From Thermodesulfobacteriota bacterium (lineage in GTDB: Bacteria; Desulfobacterota_D; UBA1144): 64,000 nucleotides of DNA. A model generated the notes under the pieces. It had not been told where the DNA came from, searched no databases, and saw nothing but the letters and a program-made list of their open reading frames with translations. The stretch is from the NCBI GenBank assembly GCA_036340075.1, contig JAYYZJ010000012.1, forward strand, positions 123,079 to 187,078, written 5' to 3'. Both the position numbers and the translations under genes were made by a program. Positions 31,649 to 43,784 of the stretch are shown in pieces; within the stretch, counting starts at the first letter, position 1; each line of letters begins with the position of its first letter.

Positions 31649-32857
31649 ATGAATTTTTTGGATAAAGCAGACAAAATAGTAGTCAAAAAAAAAGAAGAAA
31701 TAGACGAATGGGTAAAGAGTAAAAAGCTCGACACTAATCCACCGTTTTATACGTCGGTCGACTTAAGAGTCTCAAATAAGAAAATTGTAGCCGTTGATAC
31801 AAATATTTTCCCTGCAGGTTTCAATAATCTATCTAATCTTTTTCTAAAAAGAGCTGGAGAAATTACTAAAGAGTACAAAAAGAATAAGCATAAATCCAAA
31901 GTTAAAAAGGTCTTGATTATTCCAGAGTTGCATACAAGAAATCAATTCTATTGGGAAAACATAATTTCTCTTCTTAAGATTTTGGAGTTGGCAAAAATTG
32001 ATGCAAAAATAGGCCTTGTTTTACCAGGTGAAGGTGAATCCGTGTTCGAATTTGAAGCAAAGTCAGGAAAGAAAATTATTGCAGAAAAAGTCATAAGAGA
32101 AAACAATATAATAAAGATTACTGATTTTACACCCGATCTTATTTTAATTAATAATGATTTTTCAGACCTTCCACCTAAAATACTTTCGGACGTTAATCAA
32201 ATTATTGTTCCTCCAACACAAGTAGGGTGGCATTCAAGAAAAAAACATATACATTTCAAATTTTACAATAAGCTTGTTTCAGAATTTTCTAATCTCTTAG
32301 GAATTAATCCCTCACATTTTCTTCTGGAAACGAAGCTGATGAGTGATATAGATTTTGAAAATAAGAAAGACAGAGAAAAGCTTGGCAACGAAGTAGAATC
32401 AATGTTTCAAAAACTAGATTCAGAATATATACATAATCAACCATTCTTATTTATTAAGAGCAATGCTGGTACATATGGAATGTCAGTAATGAAAATTAGC
32501 AGTGCAAAGGACATTATTAATCTAAATAGAGATGGAAGAAAAAAGATGAGAGTTTCTAAGGGTGGCAACCAAATAAAAGATATTATAATTCAAGAAGGTG
32601 TAGAGACTATTTTTACAAACAAGGAGCCAGTCTACTACTTGATTGATTGCGAAATAGTAGGCGGATTCTATCGAACCAATCAACTTAAAGGGTCAACTGA
32701 TAATTTAAATACAAAAGGTATGTTCTTCGAATGTATCTGTGAAGATTCAATGCATCTAAATTGTGAAAAATTCATTCGACCAAGTCTAGAGATTATTGCA
32801 AAGCTTGGTTCTTTAGCCACAGGGTATGAAATTGATTACCTACTAAAGAAGAATTAA
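31649..32857 (+). CDS. gshA: Glutamate-cysteine ligase (ATP-grasp-like GshA family)
   Basis: PPFYTSVDLR..VDTNIFPAGFNNL, IPELHTRN, GTYGM, IIQEGV and GGFYR..NLN motifs. Confidence 0.88.
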   Translation: MNFLDKADKIVVKKKEEIDEWVKSKKLDTNPPFYTSVDLRVSNKKIVAVDTNIFPAGFNNLSNLFLKRAGEITKEYKKNKHKSKVKKVLIIPELHTRNQFYWENIISLLKILELAKIDAKIGLVLPGEGESVFEFEAKSGKKIIAEKVIRENNIIKITDFTPDLILINNDFSDLPPKILSDVNQIIVPPTQVGWHSRKKHIHFKFYNKLVSEFSNLLGINPSHFLLETKLMSDIDFENKKDREKLGNEVESMFQKLDSEYIHNQPFLFIKSNAGTYGMSVMKISSAKDIINLNRDGRKKMRVSKGGNQIKDIIIQEGVETIFTNKEPVYYLIDCEIVGGFYRTNQLKGSTDNLNTKGMFFECICEDSMHLNCEKFIRPSLEIIAKLGSLATGYEIDYLLKKN

Positions 32858-34593
32858 TTTTCCATAGATTCTTCGTTAAGAGCTTTATTGTAAGCAATTA
32901 AAGCATCTCTCCTAGATAAAATTCCTATTATTTTTTTTGATCCAGGTTGAGCTACAACTGGCAACATATCTCCTTTATCCCAATGTTTCAGAACTTCTAA
33001 CATTGATTCCTCAGGGGTAACTGTATTAACTTTAACCGATGCTAAGTCTTTCATTATTACTACGTCTCTTAATTCATCTTCAAGCACCCATCCCCTGTAG
33101 TCTTGTACAGAAATAATCCCAGACAAATTATCGTTTTCATCAATCAAAGGAAATGTTGTTAGTTGAGTAGTTGGTAAAAACTCTATGAACTTCCCTAGAG
33201 TCATCTTCTCCGGGATTGTTACCACACTCCTTTTCATTATTTCGCTTACTTTCATATTGCTCAGAATGTTCGATTCTTCATTTTGAATTAATTCAATATT
33301 ATCTTTTTTGAAATAACAAGATTCAAAAGATCTTCCAACTATTAATCTATATATTGATGTACCTATCACAGAGCTAACCATAATAGGTAAAACTGCTTGA
33401 TATGTTTGAGTTATTTCAAAAGTAAAGAATATAGACGTTAATGGAGCTTGAGTCATTGCGGCAAGAAAAGTACCCATTCCAACTATTGCGTATGACGTAG
33501 TCAAATCACCAGTATCAATAAGCTCGGAATACAACAAGGTCTCAACTCCGTAACCAAACATGTATCCACATATAGCACCTAAAAATATTGAAGGAGCAAA
33601 AATTCCACCAGGCCAGCCACTGCTTAATGTAATTGAGGTTGCTAATGGCTTCAATATCAATATTCCAGCAGCAATTAATAAAGTATATTCAACAGCAAAA
33701 ATCTTCTTTAAAGACTCTGTGCCGTTCCCCAAAACATCAACACCAATGCCAAGTGGAGCGAAAGCGATTAATCCAAGAATAATTCCACCAGCTAATGGTC
33801 TTATCCTTTGTTCAGGGAAGATTTTTTCAAACCTTCTTTCTATAACAAAATGAAACTTTGTGAAGAAAGAAGAAGCTAAGCCTATCGCTACACCAAGCAA
33901 AGCATAAATTAAAAGCTCTTTGTAACTTACTAATAAGAAATCAACATTGTAAAAGATATTGTCAGAGCTGTAAAAACCGGCCACAACTGTTGCTGTAGCA
34001 GCGGATATGACAACAGGCAAAAAGCTTCTTATTTTTATGTTTCTTAATAAAGTTACTTCTTCAACAAATAAAACCCCAGTAATTGGTGCATTAAAGGTTG
34101 CAGCTATTGCTCCTGCAATACCACAGGCAATAAATATTTTTAAATCAGCTTTTTTTATTCTTATTTTTTGTCCAACAATACTTCCAATTGAGCCACCAAG
34201 TTGTGCCATGGGTCCTTCTTGACCCACTGATCCACCAAACCCTAGAGAGATTATTTGCGAAAAAGCTTTAATTATAGTTTCTTTAATTGTTATTAAACCG
34301 CTGCCTTGCGAAACGTTATGAATAAAAGTATGAAATTTGTACCCTAAGATGTCTTCCTTTTTTGCGAAATAAGTTAGAAAAAAAAGAATTAGTCCACCAA
34401 CAATTGTTCCAAATATTACCATTTTCTTCTCTATCAAAGGATCTAGAAAAGAAGAAGAAATTAAGTTGTATAAAGAATAAAATATGAAGTTAGAAAAACC
34501 CGCACAAATTCCAATTATGAACCCAATCAAAATGAAATATGTATATTGATTGGTCCATAAATTAGCTACGGCATTACGTATCTTTCCACTCAT
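32854..34593 (-). CDS. CLC chloride channel/antiporter family protein with C-terminal CBS pair
   Basis: GGSVGQEGP, ATFNAP and GGIFAP motifs plus CBS domains. Confidence 0.92.
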   Translation of the reverse strand: MSGKIRNAVANLWTNQYTYFILIGFIIGICAGFSNFIFYSLYNLISSSFLDPLIEKKMVIFGTIVGGLILFFLTYFAKKEDILGYKFHTFIHNVSQGSGLITIKETIIKAFSQIISLGFGGSVGQEGPMAQLGGSIGSIVGQKIRIKKADLKIFIACGIAGAIAATFNAPITGVLFVEEVTLLRNIKIRSFLPVVISAATATVVAGFYSSDNIFYNVDFLLVSYKELLIYALLGVAIGLASSFFTKFHFVIERRFEKIFPEQRIRPLAGGIILGLIAFAPLGIGVDVLGNGTESLKKIFAVEYTLLIAAGILILKPLATSITLSSGWPGGIFAPSIFLGAICGYMFGYGVETLLYSELIDTGDLTTSYAIVGMGTFLAAMTQAPLTSIFFTFEITQTYQAVLPIMVSSVIGTSIYRLIVGRSFESCYFKKDNIELIQNEESNILSNMKVSEIMKRSVVTIPEKMTLGKFIEFLPTTQLTTFPLIDENDNLSGIISVQDYRGWVLEDELRDVVIMKDLASVKVNTVTPEESMLEVLKHWDKGDMLPVVAQPGSKKIIGILSRRDALIAYNKALNEESMEN

Positions 34594-34678
34594 TTATATC
34601 TTCATATATTATCTCTAAATATTAAGTTTGACTATAAGATTGTTTCATGAGAAAATTTAGTCGTCTTAGGTTCTAGGA

Positions 34679-35917
34679 ATGTCATTAGGTAGCCCAGATC
34701 ATTATTCTATAGCAAATTTTTTCTTAGCGCTCGCAAGTATTTTCATATTCGGAAAAATTATTAGTTCCTTTTTTGTTAGAATTAAGCAGCCAGAAGTTTT
34801 AGGCGAGCTTATTGCTGGAGTATTGCTCGGAATCCTTGGTTTTATACCCCTCTATGGAGAATTGGGGTATGATTTTTTCCATCTTTTAGCAGAAGTGGGA
34901 GTTGCAATATTACTTTTTGAGATTGGACTGGAAACCGATCTCGAAGAGCTACTAAAAGTGGGAGTGCCATCTTTACTAGTTGGCCTAATTGGTGTAGTTG
35001 CGCCTTTTTTCTTAGGGTATTACTGCGTTTTTCTTTTAAATGACCTGGGTTTTCTTAGTTTTGAAACTGAAACAAGATTTTTTCTAACAGCGCTAACTAT
35101 TGGAGCAACATTAACCGCGACAAGTGTTGGTATAACCGCAAGAGTATTATCTGAACTTAACAAGCTCAAGACAGTAGAAGCAAGAATTATATTAGGAGCA
35201 GCAGTAATAGATGATGTCATAGGACTAATAATATTAGCAGTTGTTAGCGCACTAATTGCCTCAGCTAGTGTAGGAGGAGGAGCCTCAATTGAAATTTCTT
35301 CAATAGGATTGATTGCTTTAAAAGCAATAGGCTTTATTTTTGTAGCCATTATTCTAGGAAATCTTTTTACAAGCAAACTTTTTATGTTTATTCATGGACT
35401 TAAAGCAAGAGGCAGCTTATTATTGGGCGCTTTAGCTTATACGTTTATTTTTGCTTATTTGGCTCAACTCGCAGGTTTAGCTCCAATCATAGGAGCATTT
35501 GCGGCTGGCTTATTATTGGCTAAGACAAATCAAAAAACTTTAATCGAAGATAGACTTAAGCCCGTGGCAGATGTATTTATACCAATATTTTTTATAATGG
35601 TAGGTTCAGCTGTTGATGTCTCAGTGTTTAACCCCTTTATAAAGGAAAATATTGCTGTTATAATCTTAGCTTTAGTTTTACTAGTAATCGCGGTAGTTGG
35701 TAAATTAGTCAGTGGGATGGGCGCTTTCTCTTTAAAGGCAGATAAATTTGTTATTGGGATTGGAATGATACCGAGAGGGGAGGTTGGTCTGATTTTTGCT
35801 TCTATGGGACTTCTTTCAGGGGTTCTAAGTAAGAGTGAATATTCGGCCTTAACTGTTATGGTGATGCTAACAACTTTCATTGCACCTCCGCTTCTTTACC
35901 GTTTTTTTAAGGACTAA
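34679..35917 (+). CDS. Cation:proton antiporter (CPA2, NapA-like)
   Basis: LFEIGLE, TATSVGIT, AAVIDDVIG and GMIPRGEVGL motifs. Confidence 0.92.
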   Translation: MSLGSPDHYSIANFFLALASIFIFGKIISSFFVRIKQPEVLGELIAGVLLGILGFIPLYGELGYDFFHLLAEVGVAILLFEIGLETDLEELLKVGVPSLLVGLIGVVAPFFLGYYCVFLLNDLGFLSFETETRFFLTALTIGATLTATSVGITARVLSELNKLKTVEARIILGAAVIDDVIGLIILAVVSALIASASVGGGASIEISSIGLIALKAIGFIFVAIILGNLFTSKLFMFIHGLKARGSLLLGALAYTFIFAYLAQLAGLAPIIGAFAAGLLLAKTNQKTLIEDRLKPVADVFIPIFFIMVGSAVDVSVFNPFIKENIAVIILALVLLVIAVVGKLVSGMGAFSLKADKFVIGIGMIPRGEVGLIFASMGLLSGVLSKSEYSALTVMVMLTTFIAPPLLYRFFKD

Positions 35918-35920
35918 TTA

Positions 35921-36439
35921 ATGAGATTGCTTTTTATAACACTATTTATATTAACCACTAGTCAGGCGTTTTCAGCCGACTCTTCTAATGTTCTTGCAGT
36001 TGATATAACATTCTTTGTTCAGTTAGGAATATTCATCTTTATTATACTCTTTCTTAACAAATTCCTTTTCCAGCCTTTGCTTAATTTGAAAGATGATAGA
36101 GATATAGAAACTTTTGTAAAAATCGAAAGAGCAAAAAATATTGAAGAGGATTCAGATGAATTGAGCTCGGAATACAAAAATAGAATTTCAGATTTTAAGT
36201 TAGAGATGGAACAATCATCAAATGAGAAAATTAGTGATGCAAAAAAACAAGCAGAACAAATAATCAAAGAAGCTGAAAAGGACTCTATTGAAAAGATTAA
36301 GGAAGCGAGAGAAAGTTTAAATTCAGAGGTTGTTGATTCGATTAAAAACCTCACGATTGATGATATAAAAATAAGTAATGATGATATATCAATAAAAATA
36401 AAAGAATTATCAAAGGTTATTAAAAGTAAAATAAATTAA
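35921..36439 (+). CDS. ATP synthase F0 subunit b'
   Basis: TM helix ending LNKFLFQP followed by a charged coiled coil; first gene of the atp block. Confidence 0.8.
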   Translation: MRLLFITLFILTTSQAFSADSSNVLAVDITFFVQLGIFIFIILFLNKFLFQPLLNLKDDRDIETFVKIERAKNIEEDSDELSSEYKNRISDFKLEMEQSSNEKISDAKKQAEQIIKEAEKDSIEKIKEARESLNSEVVDSIKNLTIDDIKISNDDISIKIKELSKVIKSKIN

Positions 36440-36440
36440 A

Positions 36441-36956
36441 ATGGTAGAAGATTTAAATATTGTAGGACAATTAAAGTTTGCTGCTCAACATTTGTTCAAC
36501 CTTGTACTTTTTTGTGCTTTGTTGTTTTACCTGTTGAGGAAACCAATTTCATCCTTTTTTGCATCGAGAAGTGAAAAAATCAAGAACGAAATGGAAGAAG
36601 CAACAAATATTATTGATAATGCACAGAAAGATTATGATGATAATTCAGAAAAATTAAAATTAATTGATTCAGAGATGAGCTCAATTAGAAACTCTATTGA
36701 TGTTATTACCAACAAAAAGGTTGGAGAAATTATTGAGAATGCTAACTCTATAGCTACAAAGATAAGAAATGATACTTCAGATGTAATTTTACTAGAGTCA
36801 AAGAACTTAAAAAGTAATGTAGAGTTTGAAATATTGAATAAGGCAATTGAATTAGCCGAACAGGAATCAAAACAAGATATAGATGAACAAAAAGACAAGA
36901 CTTTGATTTTATCTTTCTTAGAGGAGGTTAAGTCCAATGTCATCAGCAACAGTTAA
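36441..36956 (+). CDS. atpF: ATP synthase F0 subunit b
   Basis: FNLVLF..LLRKPI..R..KI pattern, coiled coil, operon position. Confidence 0.85.
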   Translation: MVEDLNIVGQLKFAAQHLFNLVLFCALLFYLLRKPISSFFASRSEKIKNEMEEATNIIDNAQKDYDDNSEKLKLIDSEMSSIRNSIDVITNKKVGEIIENANSIATKIRNDTSDVILLESKNLKSNVEFEILNKAIELAEQESKQDIDEQKDKTLILSFLEEVKSNVISNS

Positions 36957-37473
36957 CGACTTATTTCAAGCTATAACTTCAAATTCATTATCCAAAGAAG
37001 AACTTAATAAGGTATATGAAGGACTTTCCCAATTTGTGGAGGTCTATAATACTAATAAAGATGTTAGGTCGTGCTTATCGAATGATATCTATCCTTCTTC
37101 TGTAAAAGTGACAATAATTGATGAAATTGTCCCTGATTCAAAGCACACCAGAAAATTCTTGGAGACCCTAATAGAGTTCAACTTGCTTAAATCTTTCATA
37201 GATTCAAGAGAATTTTTTCTTAAGAAACTAAGGTTGGTTTTAGGTAGAATTAAGATTGAAGTTACAACGATTGATACAAGTCGGCAGGAAAAATTACAGC
37301 TAATAAAAGAAAACCTGCAAAATATATGGGGCCAGAATATAGAGATTAATTTTGTAGAGGACTCTAGCATTATAGGTGGTTTGTTGCTTCAAGTAGAAGA
37401 CAAATTTTTTGATGGTTCTTTACATGGAAAAATAACAGAATTAAAAAATCTTAATCTTAAAGGAGAGATTTAA
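36937..37473 (+). CDS. atpH: ATP synthase F1 subunit delta
   Basis: [15 protein letters not shown] motif; lies before atpA. Confidence 0.88.
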   Translation: MSSATVNDLFQAITSNSLSKEELNKVYEGLSQFVEVYNTNKDVRSCLSNDIYPSSVKVTIIDEIVPDSKHTRKFLETLIEFNLLKSFIDSREFFLKKLRLVLGRIKIEVTTIDTSRQEKLQLIKENLQNIWGQNIEINFVEDSSIIGGLLLQVEDKFFDGSLHGKITELKNLNLKGEI

Positions 37474-38978
37474 TGTCAGAGGTAGATATACAAAGTATAA
37501 GTGATCAATTAATACAAAAGATACAGGGGATAGAAGCTGATTTTAAATCCGACGAAGTTGGCACAGTTACTTCTGTTGGAGACGGAATTGCTAAAGTCTA
37601 TGGTTTAGATAAAGCTATGGCTGGAGAACTAGTATCTTTTGATAGTGGTGTTTTTGGCTTAGTTCTAAATTTAGAAGAAGATAGTGTTGGAGTTGCTATA
37701 TTTGGAGCTGATGATTTAGTTCTTGAAGGAGACAAAGTAAAGAGAACCGGAGAAGTAGCCAAAGTAGGAGTTGGAGATCAAATGTTAGGAAGAGTTGTCG
37801 ACGGTTTAGGCAGACCTGTTGACGGAAAAGGAGATATTGCAGCAGAAAGTTCAATGCCAGTAGAAATCAAAGCCCCAGGAGTTATTGTAAGGAAGTCCGT
37901 TCACGAGCCTTTGCAAACAGGAATTAAAGCAATTGACTCAATGATTCCAATTGGTAGAGGTCAAAGAGAATTAATTTTAGGAGATAGACAAACTGGAAAG
38001 ACTGCTATAGCAGTTGATACAATAATTAATCAGAAAGGAAAAAATGTATATTGTATTTATGTTGCAATTGGTCAGAAACAATCAACTGTAGCCCAAGTTG
38101 TTGAAAAATTAAAAGAGAACGGAGCTTTTGATTACACAACTGTTGTAGCTGCAAATGCTAGTGACCCCGCACCTTATCAATTCTTGGCACCATTTACTGG
38201 TTGTGCAATAGGTGAATTTTTTAGAGATTCCGGAAGACATGCATTGGTAATATACGATGATTTAACAAAACATGCTTATGCATATAGACAGCTTTCTCTT
38301 CTTTTAAGAAGACCTCCTGGCAGAGAAGCGTATCCAGGTGACGTTTTCTATCTTCACTCTAGACTTCTTGAAAGAGCTGCAAAAATGAGTGACGAAGAAG
38401 GTGGCGGTTCTTTAACGGCCCTACCTATAATTGAAACACAAGCAGGCGATGTTTCTGCTTATATCCCGACAAACGTTATATCTATTACTGATGGACAGAT
38501 TTACTTAGAAACGGATTTATTTTATTCGGGGGTCAGACCTGCGATTAATGTGGGCTTATCAGTTTCTAGAGTTGGGGGCTCAGCTCAAGTTAAAAGTATG
38601 AAGAAAGTAGCAGGTACTTTAAGATTAGATCTTGCTCAATATAGGGAAGTCGAGGCATTTTCTCAATTTGCTTCAGACCTGGATGATGCAACCAAATCTC
38701 AACTAGAACGAGGTTCAAGATTAGTTGAAGCACTGAAGCAAGGCCAATATGTTCCACTTCCGGTAGAAAAACAGGTTCTGTTAACATTTGCTGTCACTAA
38801 TGGTTATGCAGATGATGTAGAAGTTGCTCAAATCGGAGATTATGAGCAGAAATTATATGATTATTTTGAAGCGAATCATAAAGAATTAATGGAGAAATTG
38901 AAAGGTGACTATTCTGATGAAATTGTTTCATCTTTAAAAGAAGGGTTAGAAAAATTTAAAGGAGCATATATATCCTAA
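37473..38978 (+). CDS. atpA: ATP synthase F1 subunit alpha
   Basis: GDRQTGKT and [23 protein letters not shown] motifs. Confidence 0.98.
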   Translation: MSEVDIQSISDQLIQKIQGIEADFKSDEVGTVTSVGDGIAKVYGLDKAMAGELVSFDSGVFGLVLNLEEDSVGVAIFGADDLVLEGDKVKRTGEVAKVGVGDQMLGRVVDGLGRPVDGKGDIAAESSMPVEIKAPGVIVRKSVHEPLQTGIKAIDSMIPIGRGQRELILGDRQTGKTAIAVDTIINQKGKNVYCIYVAIGQKQSTVAQVVEKLKENGAFDYTTVVAANASDPAPYQFLAPFTGCAIGEFFRDSGRHALVIYDDLTKHAYAYRQLSLLLRRPPGREAYPGDVFYLHSRLLERAAKMSDEEGGGSLTALPIIETQAGDVSAYIPTNVISITDGQIYLETDLFYSGVRPAINVGLSVSRVGGSAQVKSMKKVAGTLRLDLAQYREVEAFSQFASDLDDATKSQLERGSRLVEALKQGQYVPLPVEKQVLLTFAVTNGYADDVEVAQIGDYEQKLYDYFEANHKELMEKLKGDYSDEIVSSLKEGLEKFKGAYIS

Positions 38979-38979
38979 A

Positions 38980-39831
38980 ATGCCAAGCTTAAAAGAAATA
39001 AGAACAAAAATAGCAAGTGTAAAAAGTACTAAAAGAATAATGCAAGCTATGAAAATGATTGCTACAGTCAAATATGCGAAGACACAAATTATGCTCAGTT
39101 CGTTCCGACCTTATTTTGAAGCTTATAGAAAAATTGTATCTGTAGTTTCTAATTCTTCTGGTGATTCAAATAATAAATTTCTTGAATCAAGCAAACAGAA
39201 AGGGAGGTCGCTTTTAGTAATAATTTCTTCTGACAGAGGATTATGTGGTTCATATAATGCAAGTTTGTTTAGACTAATTGAAAAATACAACTTCCCGCAA
39301 AAAGAAATAACTAAACTTTTTGTAGGAAAGAAGGGACAAGATTACTTTAAAGAAGAAAGCTTTGGCGATGAAGTTTTTTCAGTTGATGAAAAAAATTATA
39401 AAATTGTATCAGAAAATGTCACAAATACTTTCATTCAACCCTTTCTAGATGATGATTTTGATGAGGTTTATATAGCTTATAATAAATTTGTAAGTGCTAT
39501 AACTCAGGTTCCAACTATTGCCAAAATTTTGCCAATTGATCTTGATTCTTCAGACGAAGAAGATTTAACAGGCTCTGATATTTTAATAGAACCAGATTCA
39601 AATTCGTTTATCGAAACAGTGTTTCCTAAGTTTTTAAATTTGACTGTATCCAGCCTACTTCTAGAATCTGTTACAAGTGAACATGCAGCTCGAACAGCGG
39701 CTATGGATAATGCTACAAGAAATGCAGACGAAATAATAAGAGAAACGACTATGTTATTTAATAAAACTAGACAGGCATACATTACAACAGAACTAATGGA
39801 TATTGTTAATGGAGCCGAGGCTATAAAATAA
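38980..39831 (+). CDS. atpG: ATP synthase F1 subunit gamma
   Basis: SDRGLCG and SEHAAR..AMDNAT..RQAYITTEL motifs. Confidence 0.97.
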   Translation: MPSLKEIRTKIASVKSTKRIMQAMKMIATVKYAKTQIMLSSFRPYFEAYRKIVSVVSNSSGDSNNKFLESSKQKGRSLLVIISSDRGLCGSYNASLFRLIEKYNFPQKEITKLFVGKKGQDYFKEESFGDEVFSVDEKNYKIVSENVTNTFIQPFLDDDFDEVYIAYNKFVSAITQVPTIAKILPIDLDSSDEEDLTGSDILIEPDSNSFIETVFPKFLNLTVSSLLLESVTSEHAARTAAMDNATRNADEIIRETTMLFNKTRQAYITTELMDIVNGAEAIK

Positions 39832-41256
<1,425 letters not shown>

Positions 41257-41260
41257 TTAA

Positions 41261-41524
41261 ATGGCAAATTCATTTAAATTGAAAATTTATACTGCGGAAC
41301 AAATGCTATTTGATGGCCAAGCTGATTATATTTCAGCAAAAAATTCTGCTGGAGAGTTTGGAGCTTTTGCCGGACATACAACTTTTTCTTCAGATATTGT
41401 TGACGGAAAAATTCAAATTAAGTCTGAAGATGGTACAGAAAAGAATATTGAGAATGGTCCAGGCGTAATAAGTATTAAATTAGATGAAATTATAATTGCT
41501 CTTGAGTCCGGAACTTTAAGCTAA
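41261..41524 (+). CDS. atpC: ATP synthase F1 subunit epsilon, short form (beta-sandwich only)
   Basis: GEFGAFAGH motif; follows atpD; only 87 aa. Confidence 0.85.
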   Translation: MANSFKLKIYTAEQMLFDGQADYISAKNSAGEFGAFAGHTTFSSDIVDGKIQIKSEDGTEKNIENGPGVISIKLDEIIIALESGTLS

Positions 41525-41531
41525 TAAGTTT

Positions 41532-42851
41532 TTATTCGTAGTAATAATCTAGCCCTAAATGATTTATTGTTTCTTCCCCTGCAAGAAATCTTAATGTGTT
41601 TTTCAACTTCATTGATTGAATAAATATGTCATGTTCAGGATATAGGCCTTCAGCATGCATAGGACTTTTAAAATAAAAAGACATCCATTCTTGTATTCCT
41701 TTCATTCCTGAACGTTGAGCTAAATCCATAAATATTATCAAATCTAGAACTATTGGAGCAGCTAAAATACTATCTCTACAGAGAAAATTAACTTTGATTT
41801 GCATTGGATACCCTAACCAGCCAAATATATCGATATTGTCCCATGCCTCTTTCTGGTCTCCTCTAGGAGGATAATAATTAATTCTTACTTTGTGATAAAA
41901 ATCTCCATATAGTTGAGGATGTAGTTCTGGCTGAAATATATGATCCAATACACTCAGTTTACTTTCTTCTTTAGTACGAAAATTTTTAGGATTGTCTAAT
42001 ACTTCGCCATCTCTATTTCCTAGTATATTTGTTGAAAACCAACCATTAAGACCCAAAAGTCTACTTTTGATTCCTGGAGCTAATATTGTCTTCATCAATG
42101 TCTGGCCAGTCTTAAAATCTTTTCCAGCAATTGGAACATTATTTTTAATGCTTAATTGAGTTAATGCAGGTATATCAGCAGATAAATTTGGTGCCCCGTT
42201 TGCATATGCAGCACCACATTTAATTGCCGCATAAGCATAAATCATGCTAGGAGAAATATTCTTATCATTATTTTTAAGACCTTTTTCAAATTCTGCAAGA
42301 CTATTATGAACTTTACTTTTTTTCATAAAAATCTCTGTGCTACCACACCAAATCATAACTAGTCTTTTAATCTTTTTACTAGATTTGAACTCTTCAATAT
42401 CGTTGATTAGCTCTTGAGCAAGTTTTAAATAATTCTTTTCTTTCTTTACATTTTTACCTTTAAGATTAGAAGCATATTTTTTATTAAAAACGGCGTCTTT
42501 TGGAACAATAGATTCCAATGAAGGTTTAATCTGATTAAGAATAGTTTCGTCTAGAACACCAGCTTTAAGAGCCGCTTCATAACAATTTTCTTTATAAACA
42601 TCCCAACCAAAAAATTCTAAATCCTCTATATCGGCTAAAGGAACAAGGTCTTTAATTAAAGGAGACTTTTTTTTAGTCCTCTTTCCTAGTCTAATTGTTC
42701 CCATGTGAGATAAGGATCCATATAATTCTCCTATACCCAATTTATATGCTTCAATACCAGCGATAAAAGAAGTGCTTACAGCACCACCAATTCCTGGAAT
42801 TAGAACACCCAGTTTGCCTTTTGGAGATGAAATCTTAAATTTTTTTTTCAT
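41532..42851 (-). CDS. ino1: myo-inositol-3-phosphate synthase
   Basis: GKDFKTGQT, NILGNRDG, YYPPRGDQKEAWD and CRDSILAAP motifs. Confidence 0.95.
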   Translation of the reverse strand: MKKKFKISSPKGKLGVLIPGIGGAVSTSFIAGIEAYKLGIGELYGSLSHMGTIRLGKRTKKKSPLIKDLVPLADIEDLEFFGWDVYKENCYEAALKAGVLDETILNQIKPSLESIVPKDAVFNKKYASNLKGKNVKKEKNYLKLAQELINDIEEFKSSKKIKRLVMIWCGSTEIFMKKSKVHNSLAEFEKGLKNNDKNISPSMIYAYAAIKCGAAYANGAPNLSADIPALTQLSIKNNVPIAGKDFKTGQTLMKTILAPGIKSRLLGLNGWFSTNILGNRDGEVLDNPKNFRTKEESKLSVLDHIFQPELHPQLYGDFYHKVRINYYPPRGDQKEAWDNIDIFGWLGYPMQIKVNFLCRDSILAAPIVLDLIIFMDLAQRSGMKGIQEWMSFYFKSPMHAEGLYPEHDIFIQSMKLKNTLRFLAGEETINHLGLDYYYE

Positions 42852-42861
42852 TAAACAATTT

Positions 42862-43251
42862 TTATCTCTTAGAGAATTGGGAACCTCTTCTTGCTTTCTT
42901 CATTCCATACTTCTTGCTTTCGACCATCCTAGAATCTCTTGATAATAAGCCTTTAGGTTTTAATTTAGAGCGTAAGGATTCATTGTAAAGTACAAGAGCT
43001 TTTGATATCCCCAATCTAACAGCACCTGATTGTCCGGTGAGGCCACCACCAAGAACTGAAATACTAAAATCAAAATCGTTTTTTGTATCAGTTAAATTTA
43101 ATGCTTCAATAGCATGACTCACCCATGCATCTCTAGGAAAATATTCATTAATATCTCTTTTGTTTATTTTAATCTGACCGGTTCCTTTGCTCAGCCAAAC
43201 CTTTGCTATTGCATTTTTTCTTCTTCCAGTTGCATAATATTTTTCAGACAT
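42862..43251 (-). CDS. rpsI: 30S ribosomal protein S9
   Basis: YATGRRK, GGGLTGQ and KARRGSQFSKR motifs. Confidence 0.98.
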   Translation of the reverse strand: MSEKYYATGRRKNAIAKVWLSKGTGQIKINKRDINEYFPRDAWVSHAIEALNLTDTKNDFDFSISVLGGGLTGQSGAVRLGISKALVLYNESLRSKLKPKGLLSRDSRMVESKKYGMKKARRGSQFSKR

Positions 43252-43252
43252 A

Positions 43253-43654
43253 TTAAACCTCTATTGCCTCTGGGTTTTGTGATTTATGTGGGTGAGATGA
43301 ATCAGAGTACACTTTTAATCTTTTCATAAGAACAGATTGATTTTTGTTCTTTGGAAGCATTCCTCTTACAGCTTTTCGTAAGACTTCTGCAGAATCTTTT
43401 TGAATCAAGTCATCTGCTTTTATGCTTCTCAATCCACCAGGATAACCAGTATTCTTATAGTAAAACTTATGTTCTAATTTCTTCCCAGTGAATTTAACTT
43501 CATCGCTATTAATAACTATTACACAATCTCCACTGTCTGCACCAGGAGTATAAGATGGCTTGTTCTTTCCAATTAAAAAACTTGCTACCTTAGATGCTAG
43601 CCTACCTACAATTTTCCCTTTAGCGTCAATTAATAACCATTTTTTATTGCTCAT
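43253..43654 (-). CDS. rplM: 50S ribosomal protein L13
   Basis: WLLIDA..GRLAS, GD.VIVIN and AVRGMLPK motifs; N-terminus slightly short. Confidence 0.97.
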   Translation of the reverse strand: MSNKKWLLIDAKGKIVGRLASKVASFLIGKNKPSYTPGADSGDCVIVINSDEVKFTGKKLEHKFYYKNTGYPGGLRSIKADDLIQKDSAEVLRKAVRGMLPKNKNQSVLMKRLKVYSDSSHPHKSQNPEAIEV

Positions 43655-43784
43655 TTTGTACCCGAAATAAATAATTTCAAGCTATTATATTACTGTAATG
43701 CTTATCCATGTCAAGAAAAGGACTGTATTATCTACTTGACTCTTGGGTATAATATCATTGGCTGTTATAATTTTTTGAAGAGAT

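Noticed and set aside
43730..43760. IscR-type binding site upstream of the Rrf2 gene
   Set aside because: TTGACT is present, but the matching inverted half-site is not.
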